Shown in pieces: positions 63,810-64,000 of a DNA stretch of 64,000 nucleotides. The DNA is taken from the NCBI RefSeq assembly GCF_004010195.1, contig NC_057718.1, forward strand, positions 54,584,448-54,648,447, read 5' to 3'. The notes below the pieces were generated by a model. That model was not told where the DNA came from, did no database searches, and worked only from the letters and a program-made list of their open reading frames with translations. This stretch comes from Chiloscyllium plagiosum (taxonomy: Eukaryota). Within the stretch, counting starts at the first letter, position 1; each line of letters starts with the position of its first letter. A program made the position numbers and the translations under genes.

Positions 63810-64000
63810 ATAGAATCACAGTATCATTAAGGTGCAGAGGGCGGCGATTCAGCCTCCTGTGTCTGAACTAAGCCTCAAGCATTTTCATTTGGTGCCAATC
63901 TCTTGCCTTTTCATAACAACCCTGCATATTGTTTCTAATTAAATAATCATCCAACACCCTCTTAAATGCCTCAACTGAACCTGCCCCAATATACTTCCGG
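63810..64000 (-). mobile_element. CR1 3' end running off the window
   Basis: tagaatcacagtatc tail and ...cttaaatgcctcaactgaacctgcc CR1 3' region. Confidence 0.6.

Overview
Eukaryotic, repeat-rich vertebrate DNA, most likely a shark (inferred from HE1-type V-SINEs and HER1/CR1 LINEs; species not determinable). Two host genes lie in tandem on the minus strand, in the same order as in mammals. (1) The 3' part of PSME4 (proteasome activator PA200) has eight coding exons between 57201 and 27823 that join in frame with GT-AG boundaries and end ...SPCYYA*, plus a predicted non-coding terminal exon (21970 to ~21010). (2) GPR75 has an intact 537-aa single coding exon (14170-12557) and a predicted GC-rich non-coding first exon. 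The rest is mostly transposon debris: many CR1 LINEs (one near full length with an SGNH-esterase ORF1), HE1 SINEs, a Gmr1-like Gypsy with a nested solo LTR, a decayed Copia (GalEa-like) pol, a Harbinger Myb/SANT remnant and several Penelope-like elements (PLEs). The most notable signal is about a dozen minimal hammerhead-ribozyme motifs in about four PLE terminal-repeat families, several in long inverted-repeat insertions inside PSME4 introns. Also notable are a nested chimeric PLE and a uORF-rich GPR75 leader in which splicing could create a 274-aa overlapping ORF. All family calls come from motif recognition by eye; no searches were run.
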